Part shown: positions 8,675-18,408 of the stretch, piece after piece
Position numbering within the stretch: the first letter of the stretch is position 1
Layout of the letters: each line of letters begins with the position of its first letter
Source: Sphingobacteriia bacterium
Lineage (GTDB): Bacteria > Bacteroidota > Bacteroidia > Bacteroidales > UBA7960
Length of the DNA stretch: 64,000 nt
Assembly: GCA_011390785.1 (NCBI GenBank)
Contig: JAABRR010000015.1
Location: 51,150 to 115,149 of the forward strand
Reading direction: 5' to 3'
Notes under the pieces: generated by a model
The model's database searches: none
What the model was told of the DNA's origin: nothing
The model's input: only the letters and a program-made list of their open reading frames with translations
Position numbers and translations under genes: made by a program

Positions 8675-8844
8675 ATTATGTATTTAATGCCTTAATCTGC
8701 GTTTACTCATAAAGCCGTAAGGATTCAAACAAAAATATAACGGGTTAAATAGTAATATTTTATATTTATTAACCGCTAATATTTAATGCAATTATCTATA
8801 ACAGGAATTATGATAATGGAAAAAATGATTTTTAACGAAACTTT

Positions 8845-9939
8845 TTATGGGGATATAGATATCCCTGTCTTCCAATGATGGCTTTGGATTTGACTCATAA
8901 TGTTCTGGAATTTTTCATTCTCTTCGTAGTGAGGCCTGTGAGCTGAATTTTCGAACCATATAATATCTTTACCCAGGGGAGCTTTAATATGGTTAAAGTA
9001 TTTTTCTGTTAAAACATGAGATACAATGATATCATGCCTTCCTACAAGAAAGTATACAGGCACTTCAATATTCGGGGCTTCTTCAAAAAGATTAAGTTCT
9101 TTCAGATCGTCCCAAAGTGTGTTGATGCTAAAATATGGATCGAGTAACAGGTTGAATCTTACCATCCATGAATAAAAGGGTGATGACAAAATGGTTCTCA
9201 TTTCTTCCAGATCTACATATGGCCTTTCATTTTCATTATTAAAAACGATACCGCCATATTTATAAACCCACTTGCGGATTACAAGAGCGTCACCTACGGT
9301 ATAATTATCTGGTAGAGTATCAATCTTCGATAATTGTTTTAATGCCCTTTTGTTATTTTCTTCTATTGCTTTTTGGGTTACATATTCATATGCCAGCCTC
9401 TCATTTAGAAAAGGATTGGCACTTTGACCAGTAGAAATATACGCATAGAGCGTTTCAGGAAATCGTGATGCATATATAGCTCCAAGATTTGTGCCCCATG
9501 AATGACCCCACAAAAAAACTTTTTCAACATTCATTTTTTCTTTAACATATTCAATTACCTCGTGGGTATCGGAAATAAACTGTTCTACATTCATGCTATT
9601 TGCATCAAGTCCTGGTTTGTATGATCTTCCGGTTCCGCGCTGTTCCCAGTAGACTACAGTAAATTTTTTCTCCAGATTTTTCATGTAATTATCATAGGGC
9701 TCGAAAGGCAGCATAGGAAATCCAGGGCCTCCATGCAGATAAACCAAAACAGGGTTATCAGGATTTTTGCCGTTTATTAAAATAGCCTGCTTTGTACCCC
9801 CAATCTTAACCATCTCAAAATGATGAATCTTCCTATTTTCAAACTCCGGAAAACTTTTGTGCGACACACAAGAATTCAGAATAAATAATGATAAGAAAAG
9901 ATAAATAATATTGATGGTATAAGATTTAGATAAATTCAT
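8845..9939 (-). CDS. alpha/beta hydrolase, prolyl aminopeptidase-like, exported
   Basis: 'LHGGPGFP' oxyanion motif, nucleophile elbow 'GHSWGT', and a signal peptide with 'LNSC'. Confidence 0.75.
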   Translation of the reverse strand: MNLSKSYTINIIYLFLSLFILNSCVSHKSFPEFENRKIHHFEMVKIGGTKQAILINGKNPDNPVLVYLHGGPGFPMLPFEPYDNYMKNLEKKFTVVYWEQRGTGRSYKPGLDANSMNVEQFISDTHEVIEYVKEKMNVEKVFLWGHSWGTNLGAIYASRFPETLYAYISTGQSANPFLNERLAYEYVTQKAIEENNKRALKQLSKIDTLPDNYTVGDALVIRKWVYKYGGIVFNNENERPYVDLEEMRTILSSPFYSWMVRFNLLLDPYFSINTLWDDLKELNLFEEAPNIEVPVYFLVGRHDIIVSHVLTEKYFNHIKAPLGKDIIWFENSAHRPHYEENEKFQNIMSQIQSHHWKTGISISP

Positions 9940-10284
9940 TGGAAATTTTTATATGTTTTCAGTTCCTAAAATCTATGTTCTATTAAAGTAATCTAAAGTA
10001 AATTATTTATAAAATAATATGCAATAATAAAAGAAGAAAATATTGGTTTTATTCAAAGATACTAAAATGAAAGTGAAGAGATTTACTTGAAACGCCGAAA
10101 TTTTGACGGGTAAAAGATCTTAAAGGAGTTCATTTAACACTTGATGTTGGTTTAAATAAAGCAATTTTTCCTTAAATCTATAAATCAAACGGATAAGCAA
10201 CAAGAGTTAAAACAAGATAAATAATTACAGAATAAGAAGAAACGTATTTTCATAATTTTGCCTCCATTTATCGGCTTTGAATTG

Positions 10285-10292
10285 TATATTTG
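10285..10292 (+). promoter_or_regulatory. candidate Bacteroidota sigma-A -7 box (TATATTTG)
   Basis: It matches TAnnTTTG about 90 nt upstream of the lptF/G-like start. The nearest upstream TTTG is spaced slightly too far for an ideal -33 element. Confidence 0.25.
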
Positions 10293-10381
10293 CAGTCATT
10301 TTAAAATAAAGCTTTCTGTTTACTTATAGCTTCTATTGCGGTTAACAAAAAGCTATATCAATTTATAATCATCTACAATTT

Positions 10382-11860
10382 GTGAAGAAGTTACATTTTC
10401 TGATCATAAAAACCTACATAGGGCCATTCATAATGACCTTCTTTATTTCGTTGTTTATACTTTTAATGCAATTTCTATGGAAGTATGTAGATGATCTGGT
10501 GGGTAAAGGGTTAGAGTTTTACATTATTGGTGAATTATTATTTTATGCCTCTGCTACTTTTGTACCTCTTGCTTTGCCTCTTGCTATTTTGCTATCTTCT
10601 ATCATGACTATGGGCAGCCTGGGCGAGAACTATGAACTGGTAGCCCTTAAGTCGGCTGGTATTTCTCTTACACGCATTATGTGGCCATTGGTTTTGATTT
10701 CCGTTTTTTTTGTTTTTGCCGCTTTTTATTTCTCAAATAATATTTTGCCGGTAGCCAACCTTAAGATGGGTTCTCTTCTTTATGATGTCAGGCAGCAAAG
10801 GCCTGCTTTTAATATTCTTGAAGGTATCTATTATAAAGGAATTGATAATTTTGTTATCAGGGTAGAAGATAAGGATAGCGATGGTACAACCTTACGAAAC
10901 ATAAAAATTTATGATCATTCTGAACGCCGTGGCAATACTAATGTAACATTGGCAGAATGGGGAACCATGGAAGTTACCGAAGATAAAACTTATTTGGTAT
11001 TAACATTATATAATGGCTCTAATTTTCAGGAAGTAGAGCCTGAAGATTCCAGAGATCGGTCGCGGCCTTTTCAAAGAACACACTTTGACCAACAGGTACG
11101 TAAGTTTGACCTAAGTGGCTTTGCGCTCAACAGAACAGATGAGCAGTTATTCCGATCTAATTTCAGGATGCTGGATATTAGCCAGCTGCTTCATTTTGAA
11201 GATTCGCTCAAAACAGTAATGGACGAAAAACAAACTGAGTTTGTTAACAATTCACTGTCAAGGCTCTACAATTATATGTCTCTTGATAGTTTGGTAAAGA
11301 AAAATTTGGGACAAACAGAAGATTACGTTGTGCTGGAAGGATTAAATCATATAAGTACAATGAGTGCCCAAAAAAACGTGGTAAATCAGGCAATGAGCAA
11401 TATTCGGCAACTCAAAGAAAGTGCTTTGTTTGCCCTGGAAGACATTCAGCTTAGAGAAAGAAGGCTTGCCCGTTATAAGATAGAATTTCACAGGAAATTT
11501 ACCTTATCTTTTGCCTGCCTTATTCTGTTTATGATCGGAGCACCTTTGGGGGCAATTATCAGAAAAGGGGGTTTTGGGCTGCCAGTTGTTGTATCGGTGC
11601 TGTTTTTTGTTTTCTTTCACATTATTTCTATTACCGGCGAAAAATTTGTTCGTGAAATTGTGATGCCTGCATGGCAGGGAATGTGGTTGGCCAGTGTTGT
11701 TTTACTTCCTGTTGCTATTGTCCTTACCATCCAGGCTACTACTGATTCTGCCCTTATGGATATGGATTCTTATCTGGCAAAAATTGGCCGTATGAAAGCT
11801 AGAAGTATTTTCCTTTTTAAAAAAAGAAATAATAAAAATGAGGATACTACAACTAACTAA
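10382..11860 (+). CDS. LptF/LptG family LPS export permease (YjgP/YjgQ)
   Basis: GTG start. It has three N-terminal TM segments, a large periplasmic insert and three C-terminal TM segments. 'GSLGENYELVALKSAGIS' and 'FACLILFMIGAPLG' are typical of the family. Confidence 0.8.
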   Translation: MKKLHFLIIKTYIGPFIMTFFISLFILLMQFLWKYVDDLVGKGLEFYIIGELLFYASATFVPLALPLAILLSSIMTMGSLGENYELVALKSAGISLTRIMWPLVLISVFFVFAAFYFSNNILPVANLKMGSLLYDVRQQRPAFNILEGIYYKGIDNFVIRVEDKDSDGTTLRNIKIYDHSERRGNTNVTLAEWGTMEVTEDKTYLVLTLYNGSNFQEVEPEDSRDRSRPFQRTHFDQQVRKFDLSGFALNRTDEQLFRSNFRMLDISQLLHFEDSLKTVMDEKQTEFVNNSLSRLYNYMSLDSLVKKNLGQTEDYVVLEGLNHISTMSAQKNVVNQAMSNIRQLKESALFALEDIQLRERRLARYKIEFHRKFTLSFACLILFMIGAPLGAIIRKGGFGLPVVVSVLFFVFFHIISITGEKFVREIVMPAWQGMWLASVVLLPVAIVLTIQATTDSALMDMDSYLAKIGRMKARSIFLFKKRNNKNEDTTTN

Positions 11861-13043
11861 TAAAATTCCATATCCACCCAAAGATGGAGGTGCTATTGCC
11901 ACACTCAATATTTCCAGAGGGTTAGCCCAACTTGGCCATGAAATTACCATTTTGGGAATGAACACATTAAAACACTATTTTAATATAAAATTAATACCAG
12001 AGGACATTACAAATCTAATAGACATTCGAGAAGTTGTTGTAGATACCAAAATTTCGGCCTTTGCAGCTCTTAAAAACCTTCTTTTTTCTGACGATCCCTA
12101 TAATGCTGAACGTTTTTTTCATGATGGGTTTGCCAATGCTCTCAAAAAGCTTCTTAACGAAAAATCTTTTGATGTTATTCAGCTTGAAGGACTTTATCTT
12201 GGCTATTACATTGATATTATCCGTGCACATTCAAAGGCTAAGATCTCTTTGCGGGCTCATAATATTGAACACGAAATATGGGAGAGAACTGCATCGCAGG
12301 AAAAGCTTTACTGGAAGAAGTTATATTTCCGTATGCTGGCAGTAAGAATAAGACGGTTTGAAATTCGTATGCTCAATAAATACGATCTTCTTGTTCCTAT
12401 TACTGAAAGAGACGCATCTCACTACATGAGTTTTGGTAATAAAAAACCATATCTCGTTGTTCCTTCAGGTTTTGATACTTCTTTACTTGTTCCCAAACCA
12501 GATAATATTAACTATCCATCCGTATTTTTTATTGGTACCCTCGATTGGTTTCCTAACCAGGAAGGCCTTGTTTGGTTTATTGAGCAGGTGTGGCCATTGG
12601 TTTTGCAAAAACACCCTGATCTTAAATTCCACGTAGCTGGCAGAAATGCACCTCAATGGATAACAAGGCTGTTTAACAGAAATCCGAATATTGATTATAT
12701 GGGCGAAATTGAAGATGCCTATCAATTTATAACTGATAATGCTGTAATGGTGGCCCCTCTTTTTTCCGGAAGTGGGATGCGTGTCAAAATTATTGAAGGC
12801 ATGGCTTTGGGAAAAGCAATCGTAACAACAACAATAGGTGCCGAAGGAATTGATGTTACGCCCGGTAAAAATATCTTTGTAGAAGATGATGCAGAAGGGT
12901 TTTGTCAGCAATTAGATCATTTGTTGAATGACAGGGTTTTGTTTAATGAAGTGGGTAAACAGGCTAATTTGTTTGTTGGTAAAAATTATGATAACCATAA
13001 AATATCTGTTTCTCTGGCTGATTTTTATTCAAAAAATCTTTAG
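11838..13043 (+). CDS. glycosyltransferase family 4 (GT-B)
   Basis: 'YPPKDGGAIA' N-terminus. The C-terminal 'SGSGMRVKIIEGMALGKAIVTTTIGAEGI' is the EX7E-type motif region. It overlaps the upstream gene by 23 nt. Confidence 0.8.
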   Translation: MRILQLTNKIPYPPKDGGAIATLNISRGLAQLGHEITILGMNTLKHYFNIKLIPEDITNLIDIREVVVDTKISAFAALKNLLFSDDPYNAERFFHDGFANALKKLLNEKSFDVIQLEGLYLGYYIDIIRAHSKAKISLRAHNIEHEIWERTASQEKLYWKKLYFRMLAVRIRRFEIRMLNKYDLLVPITERDASHYMSFGNKKPYLVVPSGFDTSLLVPKPDNINYPSVFFIGTLDWFPNQEGLVWFIEQVWPLVLQKHPDLKFHVAGRNAPQWITRLFNRNPNIDYMGEIEDAYQFITDNAVMVAPLFSGSGMRVKIIEGMALGKAIVTTTIGAEGIDVTPGKNIFVEDDAEGFCQQLDHLLNDRVLFNEVGKQANLFVGKNYDNHKISVSLADFYSKNL

Positions 13044-13045
13044 AA

Positions 13046-14245
13046 ATGTTTGATAGTCAACCACTTTTCCTTTTAATATTTCAGGTAATTTTCTGGTTTA
13101 GCGTTGCCATCATTTTTTATTCTTATCTTGTTTTTCCATTGATTATTAAGTCACTGGCCTCCGGTAAAAAGTTATTGCTGAGTAAGTTTATGTCAACCGA
13201 TCAACTCCCATTTGTAAGTATTCTCATTTCAGCCTTTAATGAAGAAGAAGTTATAGAGCAAAAAATAAAAAGTTTATTCGCTACCCACTATCCTGCCGAT
13301 AAATTTGAAGTATTGATTGGTAGTGATGCTTCAGACGATAATACAGACGCTATTATATCAAATTTACAAAAGCAATTTCCTTCGCTTAGGTTTTTTCCCT
13401 TTAAGCAGCGCAGAGGCAAGGGAAACGTAATTAACGATCTATTCAATTATTCTGAAGGGGAAATAATTATTCTCACAGACGCCAATGTGATGCTCAATGA
13501 AGAGACTATTTTTGAATTGGTAAAATTTTTTAAGGATGATAAGGTTGGATTGGTTGACACGCGAATGATCAATACCCATATTCATCAGGATGGCATTTCT
13601 TATCAGGAGAAATCTTATATTGCCCGCGAAGTGTCAATAAAACAGCATGAAAGTATTTTGTGGGGTACTATGATGGGGCCTTTTGGCGGTTGTTTTGCCT
13701 TGCGGCGAACCCTATATGAACCTGTGCCTAAAAATTTTCTGGTTGATGATTTTTTTATCAATATGAAAGTTTTGGAAAAAGGATATCAATGCGTTAATAG
13801 TTTGGATGCCATAGTTTATGAGGATATTTCAAACAATTTAAAAGATGAGTACAGAAGAAAAGTAAGGATTTCTACCGGGAATTTTCAAAATCTCCGGCAT
13901 TTCTCTCATCTCTTGTGGCATAAAACCAAAGGCCTTTCTTTTTGTTTTATATCTCATAAAGCGTTACGTTGGTTTGGACCTGTCTTTTTAATTCTGGCCT
14001 TTATTTCCAACTTGCTGCTTGCTTTGCAGAGTGAAGTATATTTTTATATTTTTATTTTACACAGCTTTTTGATTGTACTACCTTTGTCAGACCTTTTATT
14101 GAAAAGGCTGGGAATGAATATAGCCGTTTTACGCTTTATAACTCATTTTTACAGTATGAACCTGGCATTATTGACCGGGTTTTTCAGAACTTTTAAAAAT
14201 ATTGAATCCAATGTCTGGAAGCCAACCAAAAGAAATCAAGCCTGA
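13046..14245 (+). CDS. membrane-bound glycosyltransferase family 2
   Basis: '[14 protein letters not shown]', 'GSDASDDNT' and 'ILTDANV' (DxD region) form a GT-A core flanked by TM helices. Confidence 0.8.
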   Translation: MFDSQPLFLLIFQVIFWFSVAIIFYSYLVFPLIIKSLASGKKLLLSKFMSTDQLPFVSILISAFNEEEVIEQKIKSLFATHYPADKFEVLIGSDASDDNTDAIISNLQKQFPSLRFFPFKQRRGKGNVINDLFNYSEGEIIILTDANVMLNEETIFELVKFFKDDKVGLVDTRMINTHIHQDGISYQEKSYIAREVSIKQHESILWGTMMGPFGGCFALRRTLYEPVPKNFLVDDFFINMKVLEKGYQCVNSLDAIVYEDISNNLKDEYRRKVRISTGNFQNLRHFSHLLWHKTKGLSFCFISHKALRWFGPVFLILAFISNLLLALQSEVYFYIFILHSFLIVLPLSDLLLKRLGMNIAVLRFITHFYSMNLALLTGFFRTFKNIESNVWKPTKRNQA

Positions 14246-15446
14246 CGATATAAAACTTAATACTATACCAGAAGCTATCGACGATATTAAAGCTGGTAAG
14301 GTTGTTATCGTAGTTGATGATGAAAGCAGAGAGAATGAAGGCGATTTTGTTGCTGCAGCTGAAACTATAACCCCCGAAATAGTAAACTTTATGGCCACGC
14401 ACGGCCGTGGACTTATATGTGCACCCATAACCCGTCAGCGTTGCGATTTGCTAAACCTTGATCTTATGGTTCCGAATAATACGGCAGCATACGAAACTCC
14501 ATTTACCATTTCTGTAGATTTACTAGGTCATGGATGCACAACAGGTATTTCTGCCAAAGACCGGGCGAAAACGATCAGAGCTCTCGCAGATAAAAAGATG
14601 AAACCTACTGATCTGGGACGCCCGGGGCATATTTTTCCTCTCAGGGCCCGGGAGGGGGGGGTTTTGCAAAGAGCCGGACATACAGAAGCAGCAATAGATC
14701 TTGCCCGTATGGCCGGACTTGAACCTGCCGGAGCTCTCGTAGAAATTATGAATGAAGATGGCACTATGGCTCGTTTGCCCGAATTGGTTCAGATTGCCCG
14801 AAAATTTGATCTTAAAATAGTTTCCATTGAAGCCCTGATTGCTCATAGAATAAGTACCGAAAGTCTTATTTCACAAGAAATTACAGTTGATTTACCCACC
14901 GAATGGGGAACATTTAAACTTACAGCCTTTCGGCAAACAACCAACGGTAAACTCCATCTTGCCCTTACTAAAGGAACCTGGCAACCAGGTGACGAAGTGT
15001 TGGTCAGGGTGCACTCTTCATGTGTTACCGGTGATATTTTTGGTTCTTGCCGCTGCGATTGTGGAAGCCAGCTGCATAAAGCCATGCAAATGGTTGAAGA
15101 AGAAGGGACAGGGGTTGTATTATACATGAATCAGGAAGGACGAGGTATTGGCTTATTGAACAAGTTAAAGGCATACCACCTTCAGGAAAAGGGGCTGGAT
15201 ACAGTAGAAGCTAATATCGAGCTCGGTTTTAAAGCAGATGAAAGAGACTATGGCATTGGCGCACAGATTTTACGTAGCCTGGGGGTTACCCGTGTTAAAC
15301 TAATTACAAATAACCCAAGTAAAAGAACAGGGCTTTCCGGATATGGAATTGAGATTACCGAGAATATTCCAATTATTATTCCTGCAGGTCCACATTCTCA
15401 ATTCTATATGGATACCAAAAAAAATAAAATGGGACATTTGTTATAG
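14202..15446 (+). CDS. ribBA: bifunctional 3,4-dihydroxy-2-butanone-4-phosphate synthase / GTP cyclohydrolase II
   Basis: '[12 protein letters not shown]' and '[14 protein letters not shown]' (RibB half). '[22 protein letters not shown]' and 'NQEGRGIGL' (RibA half). It overlaps the GT2 gene by 44 nt. Confidence 0.93.
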   Translation: MNPMSGSQPKEIKPDDIKLNTIPEAIDDIKAGKVVIVVDDESRENEGDFVAAAETITPEIVNFMATHGRGLICAPITRQRCDLLNLDLMVPNNTAAYETPFTISVDLLGHGCTTGISAKDRAKTIRALADKKMKPTDLGRPGHIFPLRAREGGVLQRAGHTEAAIDLARMAGLEPAGALVEIMNEDGTMARLPELVQIARKFDLKIVSIEALIAHRISTESLISQEITVDLPTEWGTFKLTAFRQTTNGKLHLALTKGTWQPGDEVLVRVHSSCVTGDIFGSCRCDCGSQLHKAMQMVEEEGTGVVLYMNQEGRGIGLLNKLKAYHLQEKGLDTVEANIELGFKADERDYGIGAQILRSLGVTRVKLITNNPSKRTGLSGYGIEITENIPIIIPAGPHSQFYMDTKKNKMGHLL

Positions 15447-15516
15447 CCCCATATTATTAACTGCACGAAGGTTATTCATTATTAATATCTTATAAAATTG
15501 ACAGGTGAATAAGTTT

Positions 15517-16287
15517 CTATATAAATATGTCTTCTTTATAATTTGCCCCTAAAAAATACAGACCGCAACCGGGAACTGAATAACCCGCCCGGCTGCGATT
15601 TTTACTCTCGATAATATTTCTGAACTGTTTCAAGCTTGTTTTGCCCAGTCCTACTTCTACTATTGTTCCCACAATGGCTCTTACCATGTTCCTTAAAAAT
15701 CGATTGGATTTTATAGTAAAACCCAGAAGATGATCCTGTTCCTGCCATTGTGCTTCAGAAAGTTGGCAAATGTAATTGTTGACTTGTGTGTTGCTCCTCG
15801 AAAAACATTCGTAATCATCATATTCAAATAATATTTCAGTGGCCTGTTGCATGATAGGTAAATCAATAGGACGTTCCTGTAGCCATGCCCGGTTAATTAA
15901 AAAGGGATCTTTTTGTCTGCACAACAAATATTCATAACTTCTTGAAACGGCACTGAATCTGGCATGTGCATCATTACTTACCTGTCGAATTGTTTTTATA
16001 GCTATATCATGGGGTAGTAATTTGTTGAGTTTATATTGCAGTGCCATGTTGAGTAATTCTTCAGGAGTTCTCAAAGTATCAAAATGAGCAGTGTATTTTT
16101 TGGCATGAACTCCTGTGTCTGTTCTGCCACTTCCTGTTAGTCCCGTGTCTTCTTTTAGTAATGTATAGAGAGCATCTGAAATGTATTGCTGAACTGTTGG
16201 TGCATTGGGTTGTGTTTGCCAACCATGATAGGCCGTTCCGTCGTAGCTTAATTCTATGAAATATCTGTGGGTTTCTTTTTCCGGCAT
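15517..16287 (-). CDS. truA: tRNA pseudouridine(38-40) synthase TruA
   Basis: 'YDGTAYHGWQTQPN', catalytic 'GSGRTDTGVHA', and 'FLRNMVRAIVGT'. Confidence 0.9.
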   Translation of the reverse strand: MPEKETHRYFIELSYDGTAYHGWQTQPNAPTVQQYISDALYTLLKEDTGLTGSGRTDTGVHAKKYTAHFDTLRTPEELLNMALQYKLNKLLPHDIAIKTIRQVSNDAHARFSAVSRSYEYLLCRQKDPFLINRAWLQERPIDLPIMQQATEILFEYDDYECFSRSNTQVNNYICQLSEAQWQEQDHLLGFTIKSNRFLRNMVRAIVGTIVEVGLGKTSLKQFRNIIESKNRSRAGYSVPGCGLYFLGANYKEDIFI

Positions 16288-16591
16288 ATTATATCTTTTA
16301 AGATGAAATATTTTACAAAGATACTACCGTTTAGCTGTTTATGATAGCTGTTGTGCATTTAGAGCTTTGTATTATACCTCTTAATTAAAGAAAAATTTTG
16401 AAATAGTGTTTATAATGTTTATATGATTAGATATTATTAGGCGGAATAATTATTTATTTACATGTTTTATAAGTAACACAAATAAAGGCATATATGGACT
16501 TATTTTCAGTATTGTTATTTAGTCTTATTTTAAATAAGGCATAGAAATGAAAATAATTAAAGAAAAAATTATTTAAATAAAAAAGCCTTAT

Positions 16592-16599
16592 TATATTTG
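16592..16599 (+). promoter_or_regulatory. candidate -7 box (TATATTTG) of the first hydrogenase operon
   Basis: TAnnTTTG match 65 nt upstream of ATG 16664, inside a 376-nt AT-rich intergenic region. Confidence 0.3.
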
Positions 16600-16663
16600 G
16601 AGGAAAATAAATCATCACTATTCATAAATTATACATTTAAAAAATCAGAAAGGGATTAAATTT

Positions 16664-17131
16664 ATGACTAAAGTTGAAGAATTAGTAAAAAAGCAGGCCG
16701 AATTTCACGGTTACAAACGTGAAAGCCTTATGCCCATTCTTCAGGCCGTTGTTCGGTCAGAGAGGTTTCTCTCAGAGGAAGCCATGGTAGCCATAGCCAA
16801 AGAACTTGATATCAGCACTGCTGATGTATATGGTACTGCCTCCTTTTACACTTTCATGGACACCAAACCCCGGGGTAAAAATATCATCAGGGTTTGTAAA
16901 ACCATAACCTGCCATATGAAAGGTAAAGATGGTGTAATTGAAGCTTTGGAAGATACATTAAAAATCAAGCTTGGCGACACAACACCTGATGGGAAGTTTA
17001 GTCTGTTGCAGGCCAATTGCCTGGGATGGTGTCATAAAGGTCCGGTAATGCTTATTAACGACGAAGTGTATCCGGAGTTAACACCACAGTCTGCTGTTGA
17101 AATTATTCAGAAATACCTCAAGCAGAAGTAA
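16664..17131 (+). CDS. NuoE/HydC-like [2Fe-2S] thioredoxin-fold subunit (operon 1)
   Basis: Cys ligands 'VCKTITCHM' and 'ANCLGWCHKGPVM'. 'ASFYTFM' is typical of the NuoE family. Confidence 0.85.
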   Translation: MTKVEELVKKQAEFHGYKRESLMPILQAVVRSERFLSEEAMVAIAKELDISTADVYGTASFYTFMDTKPRGKNIIRVCKTITCHMKGKDGVIEALEDTLKIKLGDTTPDGKFSLLQANCLGWCHKGPVMLINDEVYPELTPQSAVEIIQKYLKQK

Positions 17132-17170
17132 TCATTTTGTATTGTTTTATTTTTCTAAAGCACAGTTATT

Positions 17171-18328
17171 ATGGATAACAAAATAAAAAAGGTTGACCTT
17201 ATTTTCGAAAATGTTGATTATCTCGAAGTTTTGGAGCGCTCTTTTAAACGCAGCCAGGATGAGATAATTCTTGATATAATTGATTCTGGCTTAAGGGGAA
17301 GGGGAGGAGCCGGATTTCCAACAGGATTAAAATGGAAATTTGCAAAGAATGAAGAAGCAGAGCAAAAATATGTAATATGTAATGCCGATGAGGGCGAACC
17401 GGGCACATTTAAAGACCGGGAAATTCTTACTCAGGTACCCGATAAAGTTCTGGCTGGTATGGCTCTTTGCGGAAAAGCTACAGGAGCCAATGAAGGATAT
17501 ATATATCTTAGGGGTGAATATAATTTCCTTTTGCCCAGTCTCCTTTCTTCTATAGAAAAATTTCATGATCAGTTAAAACAACTTAATTTTGATTTTACCA
17601 TTCATATAAAATCAGGCAGTGGTGCTTATGTATGTGGAGAAGAAACAGCCCTGATGGAGTCTATGGAAGGTAAACGTGGTGAACCAAGAAATAAACCTCC
17701 ATTTCCTACTACGGCTGGTTACCTGGGGCAACCAACATCTATCAATAATGTGGAAACACTTGTTTTTGCTCTGATGATAGCAAAGGAAGGGCCGACTAAA
17801 TTCAAAGAAATGGGTACATTCGACTCTCGCGGGTCTAAAGTATTTTCTGTTTCGGGCGATACTCCAAAGGCTGGGATCTATGAGCTTGAACTTGGAATGA
17901 GCCTTGAAGATTTTGTAAATGAATTTGGCGATGGTGATACAAAAGCTGTTCAGATTGGAGGAGCCTCCGGATTTTGTGTGGCCCGCAAGCATTTTAAAGA
18001 AACTGTAATTGGTTTCGAAGGGATTCCAACCGGCGGTTCTATGATGCTCTTTAACAGCACCCGATCTATGTTTAATATATTGAATGACTATCTTGAATTC
18101 TTTGAAGAAGAATCCTGCGGACAGTGCACCCCCTGTAGGGTGGGCTGCCAGCAATTACTTAAAGGAATTGAAGCAGTTAAAAGAGGAATTAAACCACCAA
18201 GTTATCTGGATGAATTGCAAAAGCTTTCTGAAACCATGAAGCTTGCATCGAAATGTGGTTTGGGCCAATCTGCTCCCAATCCTTTTAATTCAATTATTAA
18301 TAATTTCAGGGAGGAAATAATCTATTAA
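17171..18328 (+). CDS. NuoF/HydB-like flavoprotein subunit, minimal form (no N-terminal [2Fe-2S] domain, no C-terminal 2x[4Fe-4S] domain)
   Basis: 'GRGGAGFPTGLKWKF' (FMN), 'CNADEGEPGTFKDR', 'GSGAYVCGEETALMES' (NADH), and 'ESCGQCTPCRVG...CGLGQSAPNP' (N3-type 4Fe-4S). It is 385 aa, against 597 aa for the paralogue at 26331. Confidence 0.85.
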   Translation: MDNKIKKVDLIFENVDYLEVLERSFKRSQDEIILDIIDSGLRGRGGAGFPTGLKWKFAKNEEAEQKYVICNADEGEPGTFKDREILTQVPDKVLAGMALCGKATGANEGYIYLRGEYNFLLPSLLSSIEKFHDQLKQLNFDFTIHIKSGSGAYVCGEETALMESMEGKRGEPRNKPPFPTTAGYLGQPTSINNVETLVFALMIAKEGPTKFKEMGTFDSRGSKVFSVSGDTPKAGIYELELGMSLEDFVNEFGDGDTKAVQIGGASGFCVARKHFKETVIGFEGIPTGGSMMLFNSTRSMFNILNDYLEFFEEESCGQCTPCRVGCQQLLKGIEAVKRGIKPPSYLDELQKLSETMKLASKCGLGQSAPNPFNSIINNFREEIIY

Positions 18329-18408
18329 TATTCCCCTGTAATATATTTTAATAATAAAAATTAAGTAGAAGTAATACTTTTCTTCGTAACATTTTAAAGG
18401 AAATAAAA

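Noticed and set aside
14100-14260. I looked for an FMN riboswitch upstream of ribBA.
   Set aside because: The ribBA start overlaps the 3' end of the GT2 gene by 44 nt, so there is no leader in which a riboswitch could reside.
14654-14661. G8 homopolymer inside ribBA, considered as a slipped-strand phase-variation tract.
   Set aside because: It encodes the conserved 'EGGV' of the DHBP synthase domain in an essential biosynthetic gene, and the reading frame is intact. It is unusual for an AT-rich genome, but there is no evidence of switching.
16288-16663. I looked for a Rex operator (TTGT-N10-ACAA) upstream of hydrogenase operon 1, and also upstream of rex itself (20249-20593).
   Set aside because: No 18-mer matches both halves acceptably. 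The nearest candidates, around 'gtaacacaa' and 'ttgttagcttagcaa', fail on spacing or on one half-site.
17612-18154. 180-aa ORF on the minus strand inside the NuoF-like gene. Similar antisense ORFs occur at 19399-19884, 19888-20271, 26747-27022, 27750-28046 and 29112-29396 inside the hydrogenase genes.
   Set aside because: They lie entirely antisense to genes with unambiguous conserved motifs. They have no recognisable motifs of their own and show biased, low-complexity composition. They are shadow ORFs.
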